A stretch of 64,000 nt of DNA, from positions 1 to 64,000 of the forward strand of contig DATFEP010000076.1 of assembly GCA_035250975.1 (NCBI GenBank). Reading direction: 5' to 3'. This DNA comes from Nitrososphaeraceae archaeon. GTDB taxonomy: Archaea; Thermoproteota; Nitrososphaeria; Nitrososphaerales; Nitrososphaeraceae. Below the pieces are notes generated by a model. That model worked only from the letters and a program-made list of their open reading frames with translations. It had not been told where the DNA came from and ran no database searches. This document shows positions 41,644 through 52,731 of the stretch, one piece after another. Positions within the stretch are counted from its first letter, which is position 1. The number at the start of each line of letters is the position of its first letter. Position numbers and translations under genes: made by a program.

Positions 41644-41964
41644 TTATTTTATTGCTTGTAATTCCATTAGAGAAAAACATCCGTTTTTGGCTAATTCATC
41701 TTCAAATCTGTTGGGGTTATTTTTTATTTTGTCGTTAGACAGTTCATTAAAGAATAGGTAATGATATGGAGATTTTATATACAATTTATTTTCTTTATTT
41801 TTAATCCTCAAAAATAGAATATAATTCATAATTACATCACCCTGCGGAGCGAACCTAGCTTTTGTATTACCTGAGAAGATACTATAGATACAATGAGTAT
41901 GAACTTTGTTTATAATCCAACACTCATCTGTTCGCGCTAAAGTCTTTCTAGATTCCTCTCCCAT
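41644..41964 (-). CDS. Hypothetical protein
   Basis: ORF just upstream of the 41628 gene; CW..N..H.HC motif. Confidence 0.5.
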   Translation of the reverse strand: MGEESRKTLARTDECWIINKVHTHCIYSIFSGNTKARFAPQGDVIMNYILFLRIKNKENKLYIKSPYHYLFFNELSNDKIKNNPNRFEDELAKNGCFSLMELQAIK

Positions 41965-42212
41965 TCTTCTAATTACTCTCCCAACCTAAATTACACTTCA
42001 AAATATATATAGAAATCTTCAGTAAATACCTGACCAACATCGTTCAAACATGTTTTGTATACATTGAAACTGGATCTATCCTCGTATTTTCTAATCCTGA
42101 CCAGCAGATTCATTAAATAGATGATTTTTAGCACAAGTTTTCAACGCTGTCAAATACAGGCAACATCTTACCAAAAATTAGATTTATAAATTATATTTGG
42201 GGTTTCTATAAT

Positions 42213-43364
42213 GTGATCTATACAAAAAATTGTCTTGTTGTTATATTTCTGATTGTTTCTCTTACTCCATCCTTCTTTATACTGTCTGGTGAGAATATTA
42301 TCTCAGCATATGGCTTTCAGGAGAACGAAAATCAGGGAATCTTGAGTATAACGTTATCTTCTATTAACGGCTCCCTTCTATCAAACGGAACATTTCTGGT
42401 TGCTCCAGATCCTATTCTGAAAAATAAACCGTTTCTGATAGCAGATAACGATCTTAAAGATGTAGATAAATCTCAAGGTACCATTTCAATAACAAATCTT
42501 CCAAATGGTAATTATACTGTCACTCAGGGCGGAACCGCAAGTGGGTTTCTCGCCAGTACTGTTTCCAAAATAGTGACAATAGATAATAAAACCAGCCCAA
42601 TTTCGACCACATCATTTGTAAATATAGTTCAAGAAACATATCAAAAAGATCAATATGAAAATTACAGTTTCGGCTATACCTACAATGCTAAATTTGTGTG
42701 TGGTTCGATTAGAGGAGACGAGGGTCCATTAAGACCTGGTCACTATGACACTGATATTAGTATTTATAATAAACAAAAATATCCTATCAACATTTCCTGG
42801 AACGTTGTATTCAATAACGGTGATTCTACCAATTCTCTTTTAAAGAAATTAGAACCTGAAAGTTCTGTAGCCTTTGTTTGTAAGGATATCAAAGAATTGA
42901 GCAATTCTAACTCATATGATACTGATTTCCTAGAGGGTTTTGTAATAATTCGAGTAGACGATATCAGTGATACTTTCGACTCTTTGGGAAAGGTTATTTC
43001 AAGGTCTGATTTCCAAAAAGACTACAAGACAGAACCAGTTTCCATTCAAGTATTTTACACCGCTAATGCTCTAGACTCTCTTCCTCATGAGATATTAATT
43101 GATAAAATCGTTTTTCAGGTTTTAAAAGATCCATCTGGTAAAATACCTGAATCTCTTTTAAAAACCGACCTGGCAATTTCTACACGATCGGAATTAAATA
43201 CAATTTCTGATGAAACTTTAAAAATCAAATCTCTTGTGGCATCAGAATATAACCTAACTCAATCGGAGCTTGCTCAATTATCTATATCCGTAAAGGATAC
43301 AGATATTGGTGTTGCCAGCATGATAGATGATCATGCCATATCCCTCTTTAGGCTAGTTCCTTGA
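42213..43364 (+). CDS. Secreted protein with a SpaA/prealbumin-like domain and a YNAKFVCG domain
   Basis: Signal peptide; NLPNGNYTVTQ..T.SGF; YNAKFVCG..PGHY.TDISIYN. Confidence 0.7.
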   Translation: MIYTKNCLVVIFLIVSLTPSFFILSGENIISAYGFQENENQGILSITLSSINGSLLSNGTFLVAPDPILKNKPFLIADNDLKDVDKSQGTISITNLPNGNYTVTQGGTASGFLASTVSKIVTIDNKTSPISTTSFVNIVQETYQKDQYENYSFGYTYNAKFVCGSIRGDEGPLRPGHYDTDISIYNKQKYPINISWNVVFNNGDSTNSLLKKLEPESSVAFVCKDIKELSNSNSYDTDFLEGFVIIRVDDISDTFDSLGKVISRSDFQKDYKTEPVSIQVFYTANALDSLPHEILIDKIVFQVLKDPSGKIPESLLKTDLAISTRSELNTISDETLKIKSLVASEYNLTQSELAQLSISVKDTDIGVASMIDDHAISLFRLVP

Positions 43365-43620
43365 TCATCAAAAGAAAAAATAAAGCAAAATAACAGAAAA
43401 ACAAGAGAAGGATCAACCAATCAATCAACCCACGAATCCTACCTAAACAAGTATTCTTTATAACTTGGTAGATCCCTCTGATTGTCCTTCTGACAACGAT
43501 ATACAACAGTTTACCATGTAAAAACACTGTAAGTATTTTTCCTATAAAGTTTTGATGACTAAAAACTAAAGAAAAACTATTTTATTCATTTAAAATATTA
43601 TCTTTATTTTATTTTCCAAT

Positions 43621-44769
43621 TTGAAATTGTTAAGTGTTGTAATATCGTCAGTCATCTTGGCGATCGCGTTCTCAATCGTTGGAAATGTTTTACTAGTTAA
43701 CGGAGAATGGAAAATCCCTACAGAAATAAAAACAAAACAATTTACCACCTTCGAAAATGATTTATTAAAAATTGATTATCCTGTTAATTGGAATATTACA
43801 GAAGAAAAAGATTCGATAATCTTTCATCCAAATAAATATTCTTCTGACCATTTAAAAATAACCGCAATTAGCTTTCAAAGTAGCTTCATCACACTCAAAT
43901 CTATTATTGATTCAACGCTGGACCAATTTGCAAAGAACCTAAGGGAATTTAATTTACTTGAATCAAACAATTTTCCCAACATCAAAAATGACAACCATAA
44001 ACTTGTCTATTCATATCTAGATAACAACAATTCAAAAATAAAACAGGCAGATATAGGTATAGTTCAAGGAGATAAATTATTTGTACTTTCTTTAATTTCA
44101 AGTCCTAATAATTACTATAGCTATTTGCCAGATTTTGAAACAATGCTTACATCATTTAATTATTACAATGAGCAACGGATGTTAAATCAGTATTCCTCCC
44201 AGTTGGTTTCCCCCGTTGCCAACTTTGTACCAATTCTTGGAAATTCTAGCTCTAATGTTACTATAGTAGAATTTGGCGATTATCAGTGTACATTTTGTGC
44301 CAAATTTCATAACGAGACTAGAAATCAGGTTCTGTCTAATTTTGTGGATACAGGAAAGACAAAATTCTTGTTCAAGGATTTTATAGTCAATGATAGCGCA
44401 AACGACACAAGTTCTACCTTTGCTGCAGAGGTATCATATTGTGCAGCAGAACAGGGAAAATACTGGGACTACCATTCTGAACTTTATGAAAATTGGGCAG
44501 GAGAACGTACAGGTTGGATAACCCCAGAGAGTTTAAAGAAATTTGCAATAAATGTTAAAGTGCCAAACATTGAACAGTTTTCAGAATGCCTCAATTCTCA
44601 TAAATATACAAATCTAGTTCAGTTAAATGACAATATCGCTAGGAACTTGGGACTAACCGGAACTCCTTCCTTTGTATTATTAAAGAATAATGAAATTCAG
44701 TCAATAGTACCAGGAGCCTTACCTTATGAAATATTCGAACAGACACTAAACATTCTAACATCAAGTTAA
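43621..44769 (+). CDS. dsbA: PsbP-like domain fused to a DsbA-type thioredoxin
   Basis: IDYPVNW; EFGDYQCTFC; GTPSF; GALPY. Confidence 0.85.
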   Translation: MKLLSVVISSVILAIAFSIVGNVLLVNGEWKIPTEIKTKQFTTFENDLLKIDYPVNWNITEEKDSIIFHPNKYSSDHLKITAISFQSSFITLKSIIDSTLDQFAKNLREFNLLESNNFPNIKNDNHKLVYSYLDNNNSKIKQADIGIVQGDKLFVLSLISSPNNYYSYLPDFETMLTSFNYYNEQRMLNQYSSQLVSPVANFVPILGNSSSNVTIVEFGDYQCTFCAKFHNETRNQVLSNFVDTGKTKFLFKDFIVNDSANDTSSTFAAEVSYCAAEQGKYWDYHSELYENWAGERTGWITPESLKKFAINVKVPNIEQFSECLNSHKYTNLVQLNDNIARNLGLTGTPSFVLLKNNEIQSIVPGALPYEIFEQTLNILTSS

Positions 44770-44879
44770 TTTTCTCCATTCTTTTTTGTTTATTTTCTTA
44801 CAATATCTTATCTTGCTATTAGCTGTGTTGCCGGTTCATATTGAGAAGATATAAATGACTTATTAACATCTAAAATCTG

Positions 44880-46553
44880 ATGAGACTCTATGATCGTTAT
44901 CTCTCCGATGTTTTTTATCTCGGTTCTATTCCATTGATAGTATTTTTATTTGCAATAGCACTGCCCTCATTATTAGATGATAATTTAGATTTTTCCAATA
45001 TCCTTGGTTCTTCCTCTAGTTCTTCTATCATACATCAACCTGTCTTGGCACAACCGATTGAACTTTCCAAACAACAGGCAATTGAAACATACCAAACCCA
45101 GTTTTGTGGATTGAATACTGTTCCCAATTCAAACCAATATGTACAAGAAATTAAATTAAATAACAAATGTGAAATGCCACTGGCAATTACTGCTGACGAA
45201 AATGGAATCTGGTATGTTTCTACGAAATTAGGATCTTTAATATTGTATAACTATAACGACAATTCCTTTGTCAAATATGATATCCCTACTTGGGGATCAA
45301 GAGATAAGCCAATAGATAATTCCAATGTATGGGATATCAAAAATGATCCTAGTGGGGCCACCCTTTGGTTTACAGATGAAAAACAGAATCTTATCTGGAA
45401 ATTCAACAAAAATAGTAAAACCTTTGAAAATTTTAAAATTCCCGCCAAGGATATGTCATTTGGAACAATTTATCCAGTTTCTCTAGATTTCGATAATAAC
45501 GGTAATATCTATTTCGTTGGAATCAGATCCCCTACTCTCTGGATTGGTAACATAAATGAGATGAAAGGTGGGACTTCAAATGGAATTAGTACTGTTCCAC
45601 TTCCTACAGAGATTTTTGGTGATATCGATAAAATACTTATCAGTACGGGTTCGCTTCTTGTGGATAAAGAGAAAAATGACGTCTGGATTTCTATGCTAGC
45701 CTTTGGTTACAAAGGTCAAATTTTAAAGTATAATATTGATGACAAAACAATTAAAAAATACGATATCGGAGATCTTCCCTCGCCTGTTGCAATGGCATTC
45801 GATGAGGAGGGCAATATCTGGGGAACAGACCATGGAACCAGCATATTTTTTAAACTTAATCCCGTTAACGGGTCTCTGACCAAGTTTGTGACATCCGCAT
45901 CTTCCATAAAAATCACAGGAGGAGTAAAAGTGGAAGGAAGCAGTTATACTTTGCCTTATTGGATAAAAGCAGGCTCTAACAATTCACTCATTTTTAACGA
46001 ACATACTGGAAACAAAATCGCAAAATTCTTTCCCGATTCTCTAATGTTGATTGAATATTGGATTCCAAGTCAGAATAAATACTTTTCAAAATGTCCGATC
46101 GATTCTTCTCCTGATACGTGTGGAATAGGAAATGTTTTACAATTTACTCCAGAATATAATAATAACGAAACAATCTGGTTTACAGAGTGGTCAGAGAATA
46201 AGATCGGAAAGCTAAATACTGCTCTTCCACTTCCATTTTCAGTTTCTGCTGGACCTGACCGTTTTACGGTCACACAGGGTAACAGCATTGAAATAAAGAT
46301 GGATATCAATGCACATAAAGATATAACTTTAAATCCAATATCGTCTTCTACTTTTACGCCGACAGGTGATCTAGGAACATCTTATGGCATTTTCAGTGAG
46401 AACAAAATCAATCTCAAGTCAGGAGACTCAAAAGAACTCTCGTACGTCCTAACAGTTTCAAATGATGTACCTATCGGAGACTATGTACTCATGGTAGGAG
46501 CTGAAGACGATTCTATCTCAATTTCAAAAGCAATCTTTATCAAAATAACCTAA
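44880..46553 (+). CDS. Secreted Vgb-lyase-like beta-propeller protein with C-terminal Ig-like domain
   Basis: Repeated D..G.IW/WFTE blades; NEHTGNKI. Confidence 0.85.
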   Translation: MRLYDRYLSDVFYLGSIPLIVFLFAIALPSLLDDNLDFSNILGSSSSSSIIHQPVLAQPIELSKQQAIETYQTQFCGLNTVPNSNQYVQEIKLNNKCEMPLAITADENGIWYVSTKLGSLILYNYNDNSFVKYDIPTWGSRDKPIDNSNVWDIKNDPSGATLWFTDEKQNLIWKFNKNSKTFENFKIPAKDMSFGTIYPVSLDFDNNGNIYFVGIRSPTLWIGNINEMKGGTSNGISTVPLPTEIFGDIDKILISTGSLLVDKEKNDVWISMLAFGYKGQILKYNIDDKTIKKYDIGDLPSPVAMAFDEEGNIWGTDHGTSIFFKLNPVNGSLTKFVTSASSIKITGGVKVEGSSYTLPYWIKAGSNNSLIFNEHTGNKIAKFFPDSLMLIEYWIPSQNKYFSKCPIDSSPDTCGIGNVLQFTPEYNNNETIWFTEWSENKIGKLNTALPLPFSVSAGPDRFTVTQGNSIEIKMDINAHKDITLNPISSSTFTPTGDLGTSYGIFSENKINLKSGDSKELSYVLTVSNDVPIGDYVLMVGAEDDSISISKAIFIKIT

Positions 46554-46720
46554 CTATTTTACTTGCACACATAAATAAGTTACAATTTTATTTACTTCAT
46601 AATGCATTTATTAATATTATACAAGGTTTTAGACAATTGTATATAATATAATATAATATAAATGAAAAATACATGCTCAACAGTATTAACATTAATATCG
46701 TTTAAAGAAGTATAAAGTGT

Positions 46721-47278
46721 ATGTCTTCAACTAAGAAAGGCGATGTAAAAGAAAATACGAACCGAACCAAGGAATCCACAGAGAAATATCTCGAACAACA
46801 AAAACAACAATATAAGGATACAGCATCGGATCTATCTCAAGCGACAGAAAAGTTTAATGAAAACGTAAATAAATTTCAAAACGATAACAGAAGAATTATT
46901 GAAAAAAATGCCGATACTTTCGGGAAATTCCAAGAACAAATCAACAAAACTACACAAGAAATATCATACAACATTATAGAATTACAAAAAAATGTCTTTA
47001 ACATATATCAATCATCATATTCTCAATTCTTGAACAATCTATACAAATCCTACTGGCAAAATTTCATAATTCCAGAAAGATTTTCTGAATCTTATAATAC
47101 ATTAAACAAAAACATACAAGATAGTACAGTAAATACAACAAATTTCCTAAATGAAATTTTTGTAGGTAGTATTGAGAATCTAAAGAAATCATTAGAACTC
47201 ACACAAAGATATTATAGTGATATAGTGCATAACAATTTTAATTACATACAAAAATTGGAAAGATCATATAATAGATAA
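46721..47278 (+). CDS. Helical Gln/Asn-rich phasin/LEA-like protein
   Basis: Amphipathic helical repeats; IELQKNVFN.YQS. Confidence 0.6.
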   Translation: MSSTKKGDVKENTNRTKESTEKYLEQQKQQYKDTASDLSQATEKFNENVNKFQNDNRRIIEKNADTFGKFQEQINKTTQEISYNIIELQKNVFNIYQSSYSQFLNNLYKSYWQNFIIPERFSESYNTLNKNIQDSTVNTTNFLNEIFVGSIENLKKSLELTQRYYSDIVHNNFNYIQKLERSYNR

Positions 47279-47317
47279 TCAAAAAATAGATTTATTTTTT
47301 TTTCATTTTCTTTTTAT

Positions 47318-47617
47318 TCAATCGTGAAATGTTGCTGATGTCGTTATCTTATTATCAAAATTCTTTATTAAATACTCTCTAATCATAAATAATCTTTCGA
47401 TAAATTGATAGAGATTGTTTGCCCTGTAGATTATACGCTTGTCATCTTCGTTTGATTCACATACATTCAACTCAAATCCATCGTTTTTGAAAGTATCAAA
47501 GAAAAATTTCTTATCCGTGATTTCTTCAAATAGCCTCAATTCATAATTTATATAATTGATAAAATGTTGCGGTAGTACATCGTTATTACCATTGATATTG
47601 TTAAAATTATTACTCAT
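47318..47617 (-). CDS. Hypothetical protein
   Basis: 99 aa ORF with ATG. Confidence 0.45.
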   Translation of the reverse strand: MSNNFNNINGNNDVLPQHFINYINYELRLFEEITDKKFFFDTFKNDGFELNVCESNEDDKRIIYRANNLYQFIERLFMIREYLIKNFDNKITTSATFHD

Positions 47618-47864
47618 TGGAGCTTCTTGTAGTATCTTTGCATTATTTAATAGATTGGTTTCATTGTGTACTGTTGAATCTTACAGTAGATAAATATTAT
47701 TTACTGAATAGTAGTTTAATGACGATGGAGACATTTCTTGAAATAAATACAAAATTACGTCTAAATATTACAAATTTGCCAATTTTGTAGCGAATTTAAT
47801 TTTACCAGTAAGTATATATTTTTTATATCAATTTTTTTAAGTAAGAAGGTCGGTATTTTTCCTG

Positions 47865-48413
47865 TTGTCATCAGAACAAGCCTTAAATCAGAAAAAGTCT
47901 AGCTCTAAGAAAACAAAAAAGAGTTATAATAAAGAAAAGAAGAGTAAGCAAGCAAAAGTAGAACAACAATCACAAATAAAAAAGAAATTCCCAGACCCTA
48001 TAATTTACGACCCAGACAGCAATCAGAGAAATATACCATTAGCAACAGCAGATGATACTATTTTCAAAGATAAAGGGCAAACTGCTAGAGTTGCTATGAA
48101 GATCACAAACAATTATCTAGAACTTCATAAAGATATGATAAATACCTATAACTTGGTATATTTTCAGATTTTACAAAATATCTTAAATTTATCTTGGAAT
48201 GGCATCACTATTCCTGTAAGATTTATGAATTCTTCAATTGACGTTAACAAGAATATCTATACTAGTTCTAGTGATGCAACAGAAGAGTCAAAGCAATTGT
48301 TAGACAATATTATAAATAAAAATTTGGATACGTTTATCAAATCAATTGAACTTTCACATAAATTCTACAAAGATGTAATTGAGAGTTACTTGAATTGCAT
48401 TAAAAAGTTATAA
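47865..48413 (+). CDS. Helical protein related to 46721 with a Lys-rich N-terminus
   Basis: NNYLELHKDMIN.YN; KSIELSHKFY.D vs KSLELTQRYY.D. Confidence 0.6.
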   Translation: MSSEQALNQKKSSSKKTKKSYNKEKKSKQAKVEQQSQIKKKFPDPIIYDPDSNQRNIPLATADDTIFKDKGQTARVAMKITNNYLELHKDMINTYNLVYFQILQNILNLSWNGITIPVRFMNSSIDVNKNIYTSSSDATEESKQLLDNIINKNLDTFIKSIELSHKFYKDVIESYLNCIKKL

Positions 48414-48494
48414 CCGCTTTTCACTGTTTATTTATTTCTCTAAATAATTTTAATGATTTTTAAATTATTGATGATTATATAATTTATTACAGTA

Positions 48495-49370
48495 TTATTG
48501 ATCTTTAATAATATCGTCCAAAGTGGTTCTTGAATAATAACTCTTGGCAAATTCCAAAGCATTTTTCTGTCTATTAGATAGTGATATTCCTAACATATCT
48601 TTGAATTCCAATGCATTAATTACGGCTTTAGCACCATAATGATTGTTAAAATAAATTCTTAAAGTATTAGTTTTAGTATTGATCTCTTTTACATTTCCGA
48701 TCCATGGTTTCAGTTCTTCCTTTGAATATAGGTAATTGTATCTATGTCTTGAACTTCTTCCATGAAATCGTATAAATGAGTGCTTTTCTGAAGTGATCGT
48801 AACCTCTGCGAGATATTGAAGATTGTCTGATAATGGTGAATCTGTCATTACTGCTGCAATATCATAATGTTTTAGCATTTCCCATGGACCCTCTGTATTC
48901 CATGAGGGATGTCTGAATTCTAATGCGTATTGATATCCTGATGGTAACCTATCAAGAAAATTCTCAGTATCTTTAAAATCACTAACGGTAAAACTAGGAG
49001 GCAACTGTACAAGTACAGCTCCCAACTTATTTGCTATCTTCAGAGGCGAGATCTTGTCTAGAAATTCTTCAAGTGATGATATTGCTCCTTTCTCTACATC
49101 CAATCTTTTTATATGTGTAACAGTTTCTGGAACTTTTATTGAAAATTCAAAATTTTCTGGAGTAGCATTATCCATGCCAATGAATGTTTGTTTTGTCATG
49201 TATTTGTAAAATTTTTCATAGAATGTTGAATCCATTTCAACGGTATCAAAGAAACGAGAATAATAGGAAAGTCTTTTTGTTTGACTGCTAGGATAAAAGA
49301 CTTTGGTCCATCCTCCTTTCTCTGGAGGATCTGCATAACTCCAGCCTGAACACCCTAAATAAATCTGCAA
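48495..49370 (-). CDS. DUF72 family protein
   Basis: GCSGWSY, VEMDSTFY, QLPPSF, EFRHPSW, RFHGR, YFNNH. Confidence 0.93.
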   Translation of the reverse strand: MQIYLGCSGWSYADPPEKGGWTKVFYPSSQTKRLSYYSRFFDTVEMDSTFYEKFYKYMTKQTFIGMDNATPENFEFSIKVPETVTHIKRLDVEKGAISSLEEFLDKISPLKIANKLGAVLVQLPPSFTVSDFKDTENFLDRLPSGYQYALEFRHPSWNTEGPWEMLKHYDIAAVMTDSPLSDNLQYLAEVTITSEKHSFIRFHGRSSRHRYNYLYSKEELKPWIGNVKEINTKTNTLRIYFNNHYGAKAVINALEFKDMLGISLSNRQKNALEFAKSYYSRTTLDDIIKDQ

Positions 49371-49769
49371 TATTTTATATTATATCCTGGATGCAAAAAT
49401 CCTTTCTAAAATAAAAGAATCATTTGCAATTAGAAAAGTTCGCTGGGGAGAAGTTATATTTATCTTAATTTAGGCGTTTTTCTTTATTTTATAAATGAAA
49501 ATGCCTTTTGCATTTCTTCAAAATCCAAAGATATGGTTTTTGTCAGTAATGCCACAGAATTTATCATATATTATAACATTCGTCGTTATACTAGTGTTTA
49601 TCATTACAAATATAGTCCAGATAATTTTATAACATTTTTTATAATAGGCTCGGTACATTTCTGGACCTGATAATAGCACATTATTTTACAACTCCTAAAT
49701 TTCGAAAAAACAGGATCTGAGATGATTAAAAAGAAAAAACCTTAATTATTTCATATCAATATTTTACTT

Positions 49770-50306
49770 ATGAAAATTCAAATTCCATTTGTTACCATGA
49801 TATCAACAATATGTTTTTTATTTGGAGCGATGGTGGATTTTGCTTTTGGTGATTCAGATTTTACACTTGAATTAAAGGATGTAAATGCTATACCTATTGT
49901 TACAAAGTTCGAAGTCGATGGTGAAAGTTATTTGCAGATATGTCCATATGCTATCTGTAAAATAGAGGTTATTAATAGTTCGTTTACTCCTCCAAATCCT
50001 GATAACAAGACGATGATGATGATCGCACATTCTATAGATTTTAATGTAAAGTACAATAACACAGATACAAACAAAGGTCCAAATCAAAATATATATCTAG
50101 AGAAATTTAGCGAAAGTATGGATGGATGCTTAATTCATAATATAATTAAAGATGAAGAACGTGAGATTTATTTCTGTAATAGTGGAACGGACGTTCTCAA
50201 GCGAAATTCTGATTCCAAATCTTGGTATTATGATTCTATTGGAATTTATGATGTAATAAAACACACTTATACTGTAAAGGGAGACTTCAAAAGCGATTTT
50301 CCATAA
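49770..50306 (+). CDS. Secreted hypothetical protein
   Basis: Signal peptide; ICP..C motif. Confidence 0.65.
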   Translation: MKIQIPFVTMISTICFLFGAMVDFAFGDSDFTLELKDVNAIPIVTKFEVDGESYLQICPYAICKIEVINSSFTPPNPDNKTMMMIAHSIDFNVKYNNTDTNKGPNQNIYLEKFSESMDGCLIHNIIKDEEREIYFCNSGTDVLKRNSDSKSWYYDSIGIYDVIKHTYTVKGDFKSDFP

Positions 50307-50396
50307 AAAACAAAAGTGTAAATGTCATCGTTTACCTTAATACTTTCTGTAAAATTGAATGATTTTTAGAAATAGTGATTTTCAAAAAATATTATC

Positions 50397-50690
50397 TTAT
50401 AAATTCTCAAATATTTCTCTGTTTTCTTCATTATACGTGAATGCTTTGAGCGTTCTAGTTCTAACATTGCCTAAACTTCCAGTTGAAAGCATTACCTTCA
50501 TTATTGCCTTGTCATCAGGAGCCTCAACTATTATTATGCCATCATATTCTCCAAACGTAAAGTATTCATTGATTAATTTTGCCCCCACCTTTTCCAATTC
50601 GGATTTGAAGATATCAATTCTTTTTGGTACATCTTTTATGTTTCTTATTCCTTGATCTGTCCAGTTGTATAAAATTATAAAATTGGGCAT
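50397..50690 (-). CDS. GYD domain protein
   Basis: WTDQG, TFGEYD, G.VRTRTLKAF. Confidence 0.88.
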   Translation of the reverse strand: MPNFIILYNWTDQGIRNIKDVPKRIDIFKSELEKVGAKLINEYFTFGEYDGIIIVEAPDDKAIMKVMLSTGSLGNVRTRTLKAFTYNEENREIFENL

Positions 50691-51445
50691 CAAAATATAT
50701 TTACATCACTATTGTTTAAAGATTTCCAATTTTCAAGGAATAAAAATTTTGATAGTCTATAATAGAAAAGAAATTGTATTTTTTCAGAAGATCATACTAT
50801 CGATAATAAGTACAAAGTATATTATGTACACGATGTCTCCAGCATTCTTATACTGCATTGAACTCTGGAGAACCAACAGCAAAATATTTCACTTTGATCA
50901 TATCATTAATTAAATCAAGAAATTTGATTGTACTGTTCAAATAATGTGGCGTCGATCTATCGACAAATTACAATTAAATAAAAACTGTAAATTCATTACA
51001 CTCGTTTTGTATTATAAATATCTCTCATAAATATCTTTACATTCCTGATAATTAGATTATTAAATATCGATATGGTTAGTTAATATTTACCTATTCTTGG
51101 GTCGGATAAAGGAAACACGTAAAAATTATGGTTTTACATCTATTTAATATGGGTAAATATCAACATTATCACTATATTTTTAGTATTTTTTTACTGGTTT
51201 AAATAAACAAATACACATTAATAAATATAATGTAATACTTTTAGTCTAGTGACAAACATGTTGCATGACACTGAAAAAATAGTTGTAGAGACATGACATT
51301 CTTGTTGATTGAGATAAAATCAATATGAGATTGCCAACTGGTTCTCACACATCCAATGATAGAATCACTTGAGATTATCAGTTTGTCCTTGCAGCAGTGG
51401 GAATGTCTTTTTATAATTGTTGACCTTATAATCTGTGATGACAGT

Positions 51446-51598
51446 GTGAACAATAAATCTATGTGTCCTATTTGTAAAAAGAAATTGATCGAACATTCAG
51501 AGTTGCAGGACAAAATATGTAAAATGATTACAATAAAGCAATTTGCAAATAACTCCCCAAATTTTGATGTTCAGTTTAGACCTTTCTTCGAGGATTAA
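51446..51598 (+). CDS. Small Zn-finger-like protein (start GTG 51446 or ATG 51461)
   Basis: CPICKK.L.EH......C. Confidence 0.5.
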   Translation: MNNKSMCPICKKKLIEHSELQDKICKMITIKQFANNSPNFDVQFRPFFED

Positions 51599-51728
51599 AC
51601 ATTATCTTCCTTAATATCACTTGTAGTAATTATCTGTGTATTTGAAACTTTTACATAACAAATAGAGTTCCAATAATATATCAATCCTCAAAAATATCGT
51701 CATAACCTTCTTCTTTCTTGTATAACTT

Positions 51729-52322
51729 TCATCTTGTTACTGTTTCACAATCTACTGTTTTTTTATCTCCTTCCAAACTGTTAAACTGAACTGCTATATC
51801 ATTTCCTGGTCCACATATGTAAAAATCAGCACCCAAATTACCTATCAAGGTGTCATCACCATTTCCTCCTATCAATTTATCATCACCTTTGCCTCCTTTA
51901 AGTACATCATTTCCATCTCCACCATCAAGTAGATCGTCTCCTAAATTGCCAACTAAATCATCATCTCCTAGTCCACCATACAATTTATCGTTCCCAGAGT
52001 CGCCTATTAGTTCATCATCACCTTCGTTTCCATTTAAAATATCAAAACCCAATCCACCGTACAAAATATCATTACCTTTTCCTCCGTTTATACAATCATT
52101 AGTGATACTTCCATGTATCATTTCTCTTGAAGAAGTGGCATTTATTACTTTATCACATTCGGAAATGTCAAAAATACTTGATAAAGAAGAGGTTTGACCA
52201 CCTACTGATGAAGTATTATAAATACTAGGAATTAACACAATATAAATCATTATTATAATCGGTATCATTATTGTAAATATCAAGTTTTTAGTGTAGAAAT
52301 TTGGTATTATTTTTATATTCAA
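51729..52322 (-). CDS. Secreted RTX/hemolysin-type Ca-binding repeat protein
   Basis: About 10 GGxGxDxL nonapeptides; N-terminal TM. Confidence 0.9.
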   Translation of the reverse strand: MNIKIIPNFYTKNLIFTIMIPIIIMIYIVLIPSIYNTSSVGGQTSSLSSIFDISECDKVINATSSREMIHGSITNDCINGGKGNDILYGGLGFDILNGNEGDDELIGDSGNDKLYGGLGDDDLVGNLGDDLLDGGDGNDVLKGGKGDDKLIGGNGDDTLIGNLGADFYICGPGNDIAVQFNSLEGDKKTVDCETVTR

Positions 52323-52731
52323 TTATAAAATATATATGACGATTCTATCTTTTTAAGATATATGTTATTTTTGATTTGATTAACTATTGTAGTAAACTAT
52401 ACAAACAGACATTAGTTCATGGACTTGAAGAGATAGTTTGTGATATTTACATTGAACTTTGTGATTTCGTAATATTGAATAACTGTATTTTTAGATGATC
52501 AAGGATAGCTTAATAATAAGAAAATGTATCGTACTTTGCTTGTCTCCAACTGTCATCTGCTACATCAAACTTTATCGGTACTAATGAAAAGTATTTGAGT
52601 TCGGGTTCCATTTGCTCTTTTTTTGAATAGAAAAACTTTCTAGTAATTTTGGAACAATATAGTGTTGATTTATCAACAATAATTACAATCATTCTGTTAT
52701 AGTATATCTATTTCGATAAAGAAAAAGAAAA

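Noticed and set aside
49572-49590. tataacattcgtcgttata partial operator match
   Set aside because: Lacks the TGTACCA arm and the 34-35 nt spacing
51850-52197. Ser/Pro-rich plus-strand ORF and other short overlapping ORFs in the track
   Set aside because: Antisense shadows of well-supported genes
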